A stretch of 37,464 nt of DNA, from NCBI GenBank assembly GCA_046726415.1, contig JBKPAK010000320.1:1-37464 (forward strand). Reading direction: 5' to 3'. This DNA comes from Candidatus Methylomirabilota bacterium. Lineage in GTDB: Bacteria; Methylomirabilota; Methylomirabilia; Rokubacteriales; CSP1-6. A program made the position numbers and the translations under genes. Below are positions 8,290 to 17,037 of this stretch, piece by piece. The stretch's first letter is position 1. Every line of letters begins with the position of its first letter. Below the pieces are notes generated by a model, which made no database searches, had not been told where the DNA came from, and saw only the letters and a program-made list of their open reading frames with translations.

Positions 8290-9278
8290 CGCTCCTCGCG
8301 CGGCCACTGCCAGAAGCGCACGCCGCCGCCCAGGTCCGACCACTCGCTGGCCGGGCGCTCATGCAGGGTGCGGCCAAAGCCGACGGCCGGCGCCGGTTTG
8401 AGATCGGCGCCAAGCGTCTTGGGAAACAGCTGGGCCAGCTCGTCGGGAGCGAACCGCCGGTTGGCTTCGATCCGACGGACGGCCTGCGGCTGGGCGAGCA
8501 GCGTGTAGCCGTAGCCGAACGAGTGGAAGACCTGGCCATTGACATGGGCCGCCTCCTCGCTGGCGAGATACACCACGAGAGGCGCCACGTTGTCGGGATC
8601 GCGTTCGGTCCCCACCGCTTGCTCGCTCGGCCACTTGCCGGTCTGCTCGAACACCTCGCGGCCGCGCGGAGTGGAGTCGATCATACGCGTAGCCCCGCTC
8701 GGCATAATGGAGTTGCTGGTGACGTTGTACTTGGCCATGGCATTGGCCGTGGACCACGTCAGTCCGATGATGGCGGCCTTGGCCGCCGCATAGTTGGGCT
8801 GTCCCGGCGCGCCCAGCGCCGAAACCGACGACATGTTGATGAAGCGCCCATACTGCTGCTGGCGCATCGACACCGAGGCGGCGCGCATGGTGTTGTACGT
8901 CCCCTTGAGGTGGACGGCGATCACCGCGTCCCACTCCTCCTCCGACATGTTGAAGATCATCCGGTCGCGCAGGATCCCGGCCACGTTCACCACGATGTCG
9001 ATGCGCCCCCAGCGGTCGATCGCTTGCTGCACCATGGCCGCCGCCTGACGCGCGTCGGTGACCGAGCCCTGGTTGGCTTCGGCGGTGCCACCCGCCTTGC
9101 GGATCTCGGCCACCACTTGCTCCGCCGGACTCGCGTCGGTCCCCTCTCCGCTCAGGCTGGCGCCCAGATCATTGACGACCACGCGCGCTCCCGCCTTGGC
9201 CATGGCGATGGCAATGCCACGGCCGATCCCTCGCCCCGCTCCCGTCACCAGCGCATTCTTCCCGTCGAGCATGCTCAT
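8286..9278 (-). CDS. SDR-family oxidoreductase (MFE-2/17-beta-HSD4-like subgroup)
   Basis: MSMLDGKNALVTGAGRGIG, VVVNDLG, NVAGILRDRMIFNM, Y-AAK; SD GGAGA upstream of ATG 9278; 330 aa. Confidence 0.9.
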   Translation of the reverse strand: MSMLDGKNALVTGAGRGIGRGIAIAMAKAGARVVVNDLGASLSGEGTDASPAEQVVAEIRKAGGTAEANQGSVTDARQAAAMVQQAIDRWGRIDIVVNVAGILRDRMIFNMSEEEWDAVIAVHLKGTYNTMRAASVSMRQQQYGRFINMSSVSALGAPGQPNYAAAKAAIIGLTWSTANAMAKYNVTSNSIMPSGATRMIDSTPRGREVFEQTGKWPSEQAVGTERDPDNVAPLVVYLASEEAAHVNGQVFHSFGYGYTLLAQPQAVRRIEANRRFAPDELAQLFPKTLGADLKPAPAVGFGRTLHERPASEWSDLGGGVRFWQWPREER

Positions 9279-9378
9279 GACGTCTCCTCGCCTCCTGTCT
9301 GTCGAGTCTCGCGGTCGCGCGTGCCCGGCGCGCCCACCACCCCCGTTCGAACATCCATCGCCCGTCAGCTCGGGGCGG

Positions 9379-10146
9379 TCACGGCAGCGAGTCCAGGAAT
9401 GCCCGCAGCACGCGGTTGAACTCCACCGGCTGGTCGAGATTGGACGAGTGGCCAGCGTTCTTGATGACCTCCAGGCGCGCGCCCGGGATCTTTTTCGCCA
9501 TGTACTCGCACGGCGCGATGAACGGGCTGTCTTGGTCACCCACGATAACGAGCGTGGGGACGCGCACATCGGGCAGCGAATCGATGATGCCGGAATCGCG
9601 CTGGGCGAGCATGCCGCGCGCGGCGTGGGCCAGCCCCTGCGGCGACCGGTGGCGACGAGCGGCCTCCCGCATGTCGCGGCTGCCCCCGCCCAGAACCTCC
9701 AGCCCGCGGGTTTCGAGATCGGCGGCCCGCGCCTCCGCGCGGCGATTCCACTCGGCGCGAGCCTCGGCGTTGCGATAGCCCGGCCCGGAGTCACAGATGA
9801 CGAGCGCGCGCACCATCTCGGGATGGCGTCGATAGAACGCCAGGGACATGGTTCCACCGAGCGAGAGTCCCCCCACCACCGCGCGCTCCACAGCCAGCTG
9901 ACCGAGCAGTCCGCGCATGTCGGCCACCGCGAGATCGTGTGAGTAGAGGGCCGGATCGTCCGGGCTCTCGGTTTCGCCGTGGCCGCGCATGTCCCAGGAG
10001 ATCACCAGGTAGCGATCGCGGAGGGCGCGGTGCTGTTCGGTCCAGGCCCTCCCGGTGGACGAGAAGCCGTGCGTGAAGAGCACGGCCGGGCCTTCGCCAC
10101 TCGCGTCATACGAGATGTTGATCCCGTTGATCTGGGCCATCGCCAT
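9379..10146 (-). CDS. Alpha/beta hydrolase
   Basis: HGFS, DMRGHG, nucleophile elbow GLSLGG, GDQD, AGH-SNLDQP-FN. Confidence 0.9.
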   Translation of the reverse strand: MAMAQINGINISYDASGEGPAVLFTHGFSSTGRAWTEQHRALRDRYLVISWDMRGHGETESPDDPALYSHDLAVADMRGLLGQLAVERAVVGGLSLGGTMSLAFYRRHPEMVRALVICDSGPGYRNAEARAEWNRRAEARAADLETRGLEVLGGGSRDMREAARRHRSPQGLAHAARGMLAQRDSGIIDSLPDVRVPTLVIVGDQDSPFIAPCEYMAKKIPGARLEVIKNAGHSSNLDQPVEFNRVLRAFLDSLP

Positions 10147-10197
10147 TGATCTGCCCTCACGGCGCGCATCGCGCTCGTTGTCCCTGCGGCCGCGCGC

Positions 10198-11169
10198 TCA
10201 GTTCTCCAGCGGTCGATAGTACCGGTGTCCCGCCTGCGTCCATTCCCCCAGCATCGCGCGAAAGTGGGGACCCATCGGATCGATGCCGCGCATCGGCATG
10301 GTGCCGCGGCGGATGGTGAAGTCGTGGGGCGCCAGTTCGCCGGCCCGCGCGAAATGGCGAGCGGCCGCTTCGGATCGACCCTGCTCGAAGAGCCACTGCC
10401 CGAGCCCGAACTCGGCGCGCGCTTGCTGGTCGCTCTCGGTCGGCAACGACAAGCGCCTGCGGACCTCCGCCTCGCCGAGCGTCGCCATCTCGCCGTGCAC
10501 CCACGCGCGCAGCAGGCTGAGGTGCCGAGCCGCCTCGATACCGGTGATGTGGCGAAACGTGTCGGTGCCGAAGGCGACATCGTTCGGGCGGGCCAGCCGG
10601 CCACGCTCGTCGATCCACACCACGGTTGGCACATTGACCATGTTGTAGAGGTCGGCGATCACGTGGCGCGGGTCGACCAGCGCCGGATGCGTCGGCCGTG
10701 CCGCCTCGATCCACGGGCGGGCGTCGTCGGGACTCTTGTCGAGCGCCACCGTGATGATCGCGAAGCCGCGATCCCTCAGCTCTTCATGGAGCGCCTGCCA
10801 CACGGGCAGGTCGAGTCGGCATCCTCACCACGAGGCATACGCCACCAGGAAGACCTTCTTGCCGCGATGCTCGGCGAGCCCGTGCGACCGCCCGTCGAGA
10901 TCCGGCAGGGTGAAGTCGGGCGCGTCGAGTGACAGGAGGCGCTCGCGGCGCGCCCGAGCGGAGACGCCCAGGAAGGCCACGCCCTCGTCGGGATCGACGG
11001 CGAGCGGCCGGCCAAGGTGGCCCGCCAGGTGTGCGAGATCGGTGTCGACGTCGACCGTCGAGCTCAGCGCCTTCCAGGCGGTCCCGCCATCCAGCAGCAC
11101 GCGTCCCTCGCGGATCAGGACCCCTCCCCGCACGGCCCGGCCATCGAGAAGAATCGTGAAGGGCGTCAT
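10198..11169 (-). CDS. Selenocysteine-containing peroxiredoxin/TlpA-like (AhpC/TSA, 'UGC' motif) protein with C-terminal TPR-like region
   Basis: ORFs 10825..11169 and 10198..10803 are in the same frame (offset 366 nt) and separated only by TGA at 10827-10825. Read-through gives APDFTLPDLDG...RGKKVFLVAYASW-U-GCRLDLPVWQALHEEL...NVPTVVWIDERGRLAR, a continuous thioredoxin fold. Total 323 aa with Sec at residue 115. Confidence 0.88.
10794..10827 (-). promoter_or_regulatory. Candidate bacterial SECIS element
   Basis: mRNA reads UGA, 14 nt, then CCUGCC-CGUGU-GGCAGG. This is a perfect 6-bp stem (10810-10805 / 10799-10794) with a 5-nt loop that has G at position 2 and starts 20 nt after the UGA. Confidence 0.75.
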
Positions 11170-11954
11170 GGGCGGCCCGCCGGGCGTCCAAACTCGCGGG
11201 CCACCGCGAGATCCTGGCTCATATCGCGGCTTCGCGTGGGGCTGATGACCATCTCCTCGATGACGGTGCGCGAGGGCAGGGTCACGGCGAGCAACACCGC
11301 GCGGGCGACGTCCTCGGGCTGCATCATCGTTGCGCGCTCCTCGCGCGTCGGCGGCCGGGGGCGGCCGTCCAGGATTGGCGTATCGACCTCGGCCGGCATG
11401 ATCGCTGTGGCCCGGATACCCTGATGGCGGTAGACCGTGTTGACATAGGCCATCAGATTATTGGCGGCGGCCTTGGCAGCCCCATACGGTGCACCGCTGA
11501 TCAGACCGGGACGGAGGGCAGCCACTGACGAGATGGTGACAATGGTCCCTTCGGCGCGCTTCACCATGTCGGGGAGCACGGTCTGCGCGAGGGCGAACAC
11601 GCCGATCAGGTTGATGCCGACGACCTCCTCCACCTGCGCCTTCGGCGTCCACTGGAGGTTTCGAATCGGTCCGGCCACGCCCGCGTTGTTGACGAGGACG
11701 TCCGCGCGGCCGAAGGTCTCGATCGTCCAGCGCCCCAGGGCGACGGCGTCGTCGAACGTCGAGAGGTCGGCGGGCCGTGCCGCGGCATGGCCACCGGCCC
11801 GGGTGATCTCCTTGACCACCCCCTCGAGCGGCTCCAGGCGACGGCCGGCGATGACGACTTGCGCTCCCTCCGCCGCCAGCATCATGGCCGTGCACCGGCC
11901 GATGCCAGTCCCGCCACCTGTCACAATTGCCACCTTTCCCCCCAGCATGCTCAT
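11166..11954 (-). CDS. SDR-family oxidoreductase
   Basis: MSMLGGKVAIVTGGGTGIG, LVNNAG, YGAAK, QPEDVA; SD GGAGG. Its stop overlaps the selenoprotein ATG (ATGA 11169-11166). Confidence 0.9.
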   Translation of the reverse strand: MSMLGGKVAIVTGGGTGIGRCTAMMLAAEGAQVVIAGRRLEPLEGVVKEITRAGGHAAARPADLSTFDDAVALGRWTIETFGRADVLVNNAGVAGPIRNLQWTPKAQVEEVVGINLIGVFALAQTVLPDMVKRAEGTIVTISSVAALRPGLISGAPYGAAKAAANNLMAYVNTVYRHQGIRATAIMPAEVDTPILDGRPRPPTREERATMMQPEDVARAVLLAVTLPSRTVIEEMVISPTRSRDMSQDLAVAREFGRPAGRP

Positions 11955-12132
11955 CGAGCTGATCCTCCCCCGGCGACGCGGGCGCGCGCGGTCATCGACC
12001 CGGCCCCAGAGCATAGCCGAAATCTGGCCTCGCCCTGGGGCCTTCGGCGCCGGGCCCGGCCGTCGCGCGACGTCTCTGCGCCGGTCCAGCGCGCGACGTC
12101 GATGTCTCTGCGCCGGGCGCGCGCCCCGCCGC

Positions 12133-12777
12133 TCAGCGCCACGCCCACACCGGCTGCTCCAGGTCGTGCACACGCGTGGCGCGTCCGTGCACGACCACCT
12201 CGCGCATCTGATACACCACCGCGGCCGTCGGCGCGTGAACGAGAGCCCCGAGAATGGGAACCTGGATCATCGGCCGATCGCTCTCCGGAATGCTGATCAG
12301 CCGCGGCACGTCGGGGTGATCGAGGTCGTCGAGCGGCACCTTGTAGACGCTCGCCACCTCGGCCGGATCCAAGGTGAGCGTCACCGGCCAGGACGCCCAT
12401 ACCACCACGGGTGTCATGATGAAGCCCGAGCGGGTACCGTAGTCGTCGAGGAGTCCGAGCACCGCGCTTTCGTCGGCCACCAGCCCCACTTCCTCGGCCA
12501 GCTCCCGCAGCGCCGCCGCTTCCGCCCGCTCACCGGGCTCGATCCGCCCGCCCGGAAGCGCCCACTGGCGACTGTGCGTCTTCAGGGTCGCGGCGCGCCG
12601 GGTGATGAGGAAGCAGGCGCGCCCGTCGTCGTCGGGCAGCAGCACCACGGCCACCGCCGCCGGTCGGCGTCCGTCGACGGCGATGGTCCGCCGGTCGAAG
12701 CGGGCGAGGTGGAGGCGCGCGCGAGCCAGCAGCGCGTCGTCGAACTGGTGGGTCGGCACCAGCCAAGCATCGCTCAT
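12133..12777 (-). CDS. CoA pyrophosphatase-type NUDIX hydrolase (NudL-like)
   Basis: AAVAVVL, LITRRA-TLK-HS-QWALPGGR-EPGE-AALRELAEEVGL (Nudix box plus UPF0035-type motif), EVA, APTAAV. Start uncertain (ATG 12777 or GTG 12759). Confidence 0.85.
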   Translation of the reverse strand: MSDAWLVPTHQFDDALLARARLHLARFDRRTIAVDGRRPAAVAVVLLPDDDGRACFLITRRAATLKTHSRQWALPGGRIEPGERAEAAALRELAEEVGLVADESAVLGLLDDYGTRSGFIMTPVVVWASWPVTLTLDPAEVASVYKVPLDDLDHPDVPRLISIPESDRPMIQVPILGALVHAPTAAVVYQMREVVVHGRATRVHDLEQPVWAWR

Positions 12778-12943
12778 TCCGGGCCGCTCTGCTACTCTCG
12801 CCCTGGACTCGAGGCACGTGCGCGCCTTCCCCAGCGCGATGGCGAGCCGCAGAAACCCTGAAACGCGGGCTCTGGCGCGCCAGATCTCCGCGCGGGGGCC
12901 GGCGGCGAACCCGCGTTGCCCTCGCGTGGAGCGCACCGCGTGC

Positions 12944-14467
12944 CTACGTCCGATCGTAGGTTGCCGTGAGCGTGCCGAGTCGATCGGCCACCGCGTCCGT
13001 CAAGGCCTCGGCGCGCACGCGCCAGCGCCAGTTGCCGCTCGGCCGCCCCGGCTGATTCATGCGGCCCTCGCTGCCGATGCCGAGCACGTCCTGCAGCGGC
13101 ACGATGGCGGTGTGGGCGACTGAGGCCAGGACGGTGCGGATGAAGTCCCAGTGGATCTCGGCGCCATCCGTGCCGAGATACCGCTTCGCGAAGGCGCGCT
13201 CCACGACGAGCTCGTCCTCGCTCCGCGTGCTGTGGCCCACGCCACTCGTCCACCAGCCCACGGTGGTGTCGTTGTCGTGCGTGCCCGTGTACGCCACCCG
13301 GTTGCGCGGATAGTTGTGCGGCCTGAAGTCCCGCGCCTGCGGATCGGTGCCGAAGGCGAACTGGAGGATGGCCATTCCGGGGAAGTGGAAGCGCCGGCGC
13401 AGCGCTTCGACCTCCGGGGTGATCACGCCGAGATTTTCGGCCACGAACGGCAGCGGACCGAGGGCCTGCTGCATCGCCTCGAACAGCGCCGCGCCCGGCC
13501 CCTTCACCCATCTGCCGTGGACCGCAGTGGTGGCATCGCCCGGCACTTCCCAGGCGGCCTCGAATCCGCGGAAGTGGTCGAGTCGCACGCGATCCACGAG
13601 GGACAGCACCGCGCGGATCCGGTCGATCCACCACCGGTAGCCGTCGCGCGCGAGCACGTCCCAGCGATAGTGCGGATTCCCCCAGAGCTGGCCCGTCGCG
13701 CTGAAGTAGTCCGGGGGCACGCCCGCCACCACCTGCGGCTGGCCATCGCTGCTCAGCTTGAACAGATCGCGCCGAGCCCAAACGTCGGCGCTGTCATGGG
13801 CGACGAAGATCGGCACATCGCCCATCAGCGACACGCCCTCGGCGTGACAGTAATCCCGCAGCGCCTGCCACTGCGAGAAGAACAGGTACTGGGCGAACTG
13901 ATGCGCGCGCCTCGAGCGCGCGCACTTTCCCCGCCAGCGGGCGAGCGCCGCGGGATCGCGATGGGCGATGCCGGGATCCCATTGGGTCCAGGCGACCAGG
14001 TCATGCGCCTCCTTGACCGCCATGAACAGCGCGTACTCGTCCAGCCAGTTTGCCTGCCCTTGGCAGAAAACGTCGAAGGCACGGCGGGCCGCCGGCGACG
14101 CCCGAGTCTCGAAGCGTTCGAGCGCGCGCGCCCAAAGGGGTTGCCGGTGCGCGATGACGCGGCCGTAGTCGACGGTATCGAGGGGACCGCCGCGCGCCTC
14201 CACGACATCCGCGGCGGACAGCAGCTCGTCGTCCACCAGGGCATCGAGGTCGATGAGGAGCGGATTGCCGGCGAAGGCCGAGAAGCACTGATACGGCGAG
14301 TCGCCGTAGCCTGTGGTTCCCAGGGGCAGCACCTGCCAGATGCGCTGGCGGGCGCGCGTGAGGAACGACACGAACCGACGCGCCGCCGGACCGAGGTCGC
14401 CGATCCCGAAGCGTCCGGGCAGCGAGGTGGGATGCAGCAGCAGGCCACTGGATCGCCGATACGACAT
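12944..14467 (-). CDS. malQ: 4-alpha-glucanotransferase (amylomaltase, GH77)
   Basis: RSSGLLLHPTSLPG-GIGDLG, WQVLPLG, SPY-SAFAGN, AGVPPDYFS-TGQLWGNP, RLDHFRGF, AENLG, YTGTHDNDT, RMN-PG-GNW. Confidence 0.95.
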   Translation of the reverse strand: MSYRRSSGLLLHPTSLPGRFGIGDLGPAARRFVSFLTRARQRIWQVLPLGTTGYGDSPYQCFSAFAGNPLLIDLDALVDDELLSAADVVEARGGPLDTVDYGRVIAHRQPLWARALERFETRASPAARRAFDVFCQGQANWLDEYALFMAVKEAHDLVAWTQWDPGIAHRDPAALARWRGKCARSRRAHQFAQYLFFSQWQALRDYCHAEGVSLMGDVPIFVAHDSADVWARRDLFKLSSDGQPQVVAGVPPDYFSATGQLWGNPHYRWDVLARDGYRWWIDRIRAVLSLVDRVRLDHFRGFEAAWEVPGDATTAVHGRWVKGPGAALFEAMQQALGPLPFVAENLGVITPEVEALRRRFHFPGMAILQFAFGTDPQARDFRPHNYPRNRVAYTGTHDNDTTVGWWTSGVGHSTRSEDELVVERAFAKRYLGTDGAEIHWDFIRTVLASVAHTAIVPLQDVLGIGSEGRMNQPGRPSGNWRWRVRAEALTDAVADRLGTLTATYDRT

Positions 14468-14504
14468 GTCTCGCAGTATCGGCACCCGCGTCGCGGGTTG
14501 TAAA
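14468..14504 (-). promoter_or_regulatory. Putative sigma70 promoter of malQ (leaderless-type)
   Basis: TTTACA (14504-14499), 18 nt, GATACT (14480-14475), 7 nt, ATG. Confidence 0.45.
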
Positions 14505-14542
14505 GCTCGCGGCTCGGTTGGTCGCGCGTCGAATGACGCAGG

Positions 14543-15331
14543 CTAATATGCGGGGAGCTTGCCGCCTTTCGTCGACTTCTTGACGGCGGACGCCTCCTCG
14601 GCGGCGCGCGCGGCCATGAAGCGGCTGTCGCTGGCCAAAGTGAGGAACTGGTAGCCCGCCTCCATCATCTTCAAGGCGTAGCCCGACGTCGCGTTGTGGA
14701 TTCCGGCGATCACCCCGTGGCGCTTGCACGCCGCCACGATCTCCTGCTGCGCCTCCACGACGGGCGGGTCAGTCTGGTCGAGCCGCGGCTTGCAGCCCAG
14801 GGCCAGGCTCAGGTCGGCCGGGCCCACGTAGATGGCGTCGACGCCCGGCGTGCTGAGGATCTCGTCGAGATTCTTCAAGGCCTCGGCCGTCTCGATCATG
14901 GGCATGACGATGAGCTGATCGTTGGCGTGGTCCGCGTAGTCAGCGCCCGCGTAGATCGACGCGCGCACGGGCCCGAAGCTGCGATAACCCTTCGGAGGGT
15001 ACTTGGAGGCCCGCACCAGCGCCTCCGCCTCCGCCCGGTTGTTGATCATCGGACAGACGATGCCGTAGGCGCCGGCGTCGAGAATTTTCATGACGTAGGC
15101 CGGGTCGTTCCACGGCACGCGCGCCAGCGGTACCACCGGGGTGGTGGAGATGGCGGCCAGCATGTTGGCGGCGGCCTGGTAGTCGACCACCCCGTGCTGC
15201 ATGTCGATGACGAGGGAGTCGAATCCCTGGTGCGCCATCACCTCGGCCGAGAAGGCGCTCGGGATGGAGAGCCAGCCATTGACCGCCGCGCCACCCTGGG
15301 CCCAGAGCTTCTTCAACGCGTTCTCTCTCAC
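14543..15331 (-). CDS. HpcH/HpaI-family class II aldolase
   Basis: GFD-LVIDMQHG, ARVPWN, LDAGA-G-CPM, MIET-EA-NLDEI, GVDAIYVGPADLS. Confidence 0.9.
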   Translation of the reverse strand: MRENALKKLWAQGGAAVNGWLSIPSAFSAEVMAHQGFDSLVIDMQHGVVDYQAAANMLAAISTTPVVPLARVPWNDPAYVMKILDAGAYGIVCPMINNRAEAEALVRASKYPPKGYRSFGPVRASIYAGADYADHANDQLIVMPMIETAEALKNLDEILSTPGVDAIYVGPADLSLALGCKPRLDQTDPPVVEAQQEIVAACKRHGVIAGIHNATSGYALKMMEAGYQFLTLASDSRFMAARAAEEASAVKKSTKGGKLPAY

Positions 15332-15386
15332 GACGTGCTCCTTTGCGTGGCAGAGTCGGACCGGATGATTCTACGCCGGTCGGAGT

Positions 15387-16781
15387 TCAAGGTGCGGAGG
15401 GAGCGACGTCCCCGGCGGTACTCCACGCGGCGTAGCCGCCGATGAGATCGACGACGTCGTCGAAGCCCGCCTGTTCGAGGAGGCTGGCCGCCGTCGACGA
15501 CCGGAGTCCCGACTGGCAGTAGACGGCCACCCGCCGCCCACGGGGAATCTCGCCCAGGCGCTCTTCGAGCTGATCGAGAGGGATGTGCACCGCTCCGGGA
15601 ATCGCTCCGTGCACCCATTCTCCGGGAAAGCGGACATCGACGAGGGTCAGCGTTGGCTGGCCCAGAAGCGCGCCCAGCTCGGCGCTGGTGACACGCCGGC
15701 CGCGCCGGACGACCTCGGGCCCGCTGCGCGCGGCGTCCATGCCCCCCTTCAGATAGCCCAATACGTTGTCGAAACCGATCCGCCCGAGCCGCAGGGTCGC
15801 CTCCTGCTCCCCGCCGGGTACGGCCACGATGACGATGGGACGAGCCGGAGTGAGCAGCGCACCGGCCCAGGAGGCGAAGCGACCTTTGAGGCTGATGTTC
15901 GTGCTGCCGGGGAGATGACCGGCCGCGTACTCGTCCGGCTCGCGGACATCCAGGATCTGCGCCCCGTCCTGCTGGGCGCGCAGTACCGCGTCGAGGGGGA
16001 GGGCGGCCGACTCGCGCGCAAGAGCGGCCTCCAGGATGCCCCGGGTGCGGCGGTTGAGCTGCGCGTCGTAGCCGAAGTATGGAGGGGCCTTTGGCTGATC
16101 AGTGGTGACGAGCTTGACGAAGGTCTCCTTGCTCATCGGCTGCAGCGCACAGTTCTCGCGTCGCTGCGCCCCGATCGTGGACACGGTCTCCGAGCTGAGA
16201 TTCTTGCCGCATGCCGAGCCGGCACCGTGTCCCGGATACACCAGAGTGTCGTCAGGAAGCTGCAGGAGGCGGTGGACGGAGTCGTAAAGCTGGCTCGCCA
16301 ACTCGTCCGCGGTGACCCCCACGGAGGCCATGAGGTCGGGGCGGCCCACGTCGCCGATAAACATGGTGTCACCCGTCAGCACCGCTTGCGGGCGCTCTCC
16401 GTCTTGCGCGAGATCGAACACGAGCACGGAGATGGCTTCCGGGGTGTGTCCCGGCGTCTCGAGGGTCATGAGGCGCACCTGACCGAACTCGAGGACGTCA
16501 CCATCGCGGAGCGGCGAGAACGCGTACTCGGCGGTGGCCCGCGCTCCCAAGTAGATGCGGGCGCCCGTGCGCTCTTTCAGCTCGAGATGGCCGGCCACGA
16601 AATCCGCGTGGAAGTGGGTGAGGATGACGTGCTCGATCCGGAACCCGGCGGCCCCCGCGTCCTCGAGGTACTCCTCGACGTCGCGCCGGGGGTCGACCAC
16701 CGCCGCCGTTTTCGTGCTCTCGTCCCCGATCAGGTACGACGCCTGCGAGAGACATCCCAGGTAATACTGCTTGAAGATCAT
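15387..16781 (-). CDS. MBL-fold hydrolase fused to two rhodanese domains (persulfide dioxygenase-sulfurtransferase-like)
   Basis: THFHADF-GH, TPGHTPE, TGDT-F-GDVGRPDL, YPGHGAGSACG, DVRE-EY-GH-PG, and C-terminal YCQSGLRS. Confidence 0.9.
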   Translation of the reverse strand: MIFKQYYLGCLSQASYLIGDESTKTAAVVDPRRDVEEYLEDAGAAGFRIEHVILTHFHADFVAGHLELKERTGARIYLGARATAEYAFSPLRDGDVLEFGQVRLMTLETPGHTPEAISVLVFDLAQDGERPQAVLTGDTMFIGDVGRPDLMASVGVTADELASQLYDSVHRLLQLPDDTLVYPGHGAGSACGKNLSSETVSTIGAQRRENCALQPMSKETFVKLVTTDQPKAPPYFGYDAQLNRRTRGILEAALARESAALPLDAVLRAQQDGAQILDVREPDEYAAGHLPGSTNISLKGRFASWAGALLTPARPIVIVAVPGGEQEATLRLGRIGFDNVLGYLKGGMDAARSGPEVVRRGRRVTSAELGALLGQPTLTLVDVRFPGEWVHGAIPGAVHIPLDQLEERLGEIPRGRRVAVYCQSGLRSSTAASLLEQAGFDDVVDLIGGYAAWSTAGDVAPSAP

Positions 16782-16945
16782 GTCCGTCCTCCCGTGGCTC
16801 CGCGGATCGCTTCGAGTCTACCAGGGGGTGCGGCGCGGCACCCATCGATCGGCAGCCGCCGATCGGCTTCGGCGCGAACGCCCCGCATCGGATGGCGGCC
16901 AGACGCGGCGGGCTCGTGCCGGCGCGAACGCGGAACCACGAGGGA

Positions 16946-16975
16946 TTGCCAAGCGTTCAGGTGTCCGAATATAGT
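16946..16975 (+). promoter_or_regulatory. Putative sigma70 promoter of the Liv-type SBP operon
   Basis: TTGCCA (16946-16951), 18 nt, TATAGT (16970-16975). Confidence 0.55.
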
Positions 16976-17037
16976 TGCGCCACTCGACCCGGGACGTGCC
17001 ATCGAGCACGCTTCCACTCGGCGGCAAGGAGGCCACG

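Noticed and set aside
10825..10827. TGA as a pseudogenising nonsense mutation
   Set aside because: It falls exactly at the redox-Cys position and is followed by a SECIS-like hairpin, so Sec is the better explanation.
12064..12116. Imperfect duplication CGCGCGACGTC...TCTGCGCCGG
   Set aside because: It is a two-copy, short, GC-rich local duplication with no evidence of function.
16590..16620. HFHADF instead of HxHxDH in the MBL domain as an inactivating change
   Set aside because: As recalled, this variant is common in MBL-rhodanese fusion proteins, and the other motifs are intact.
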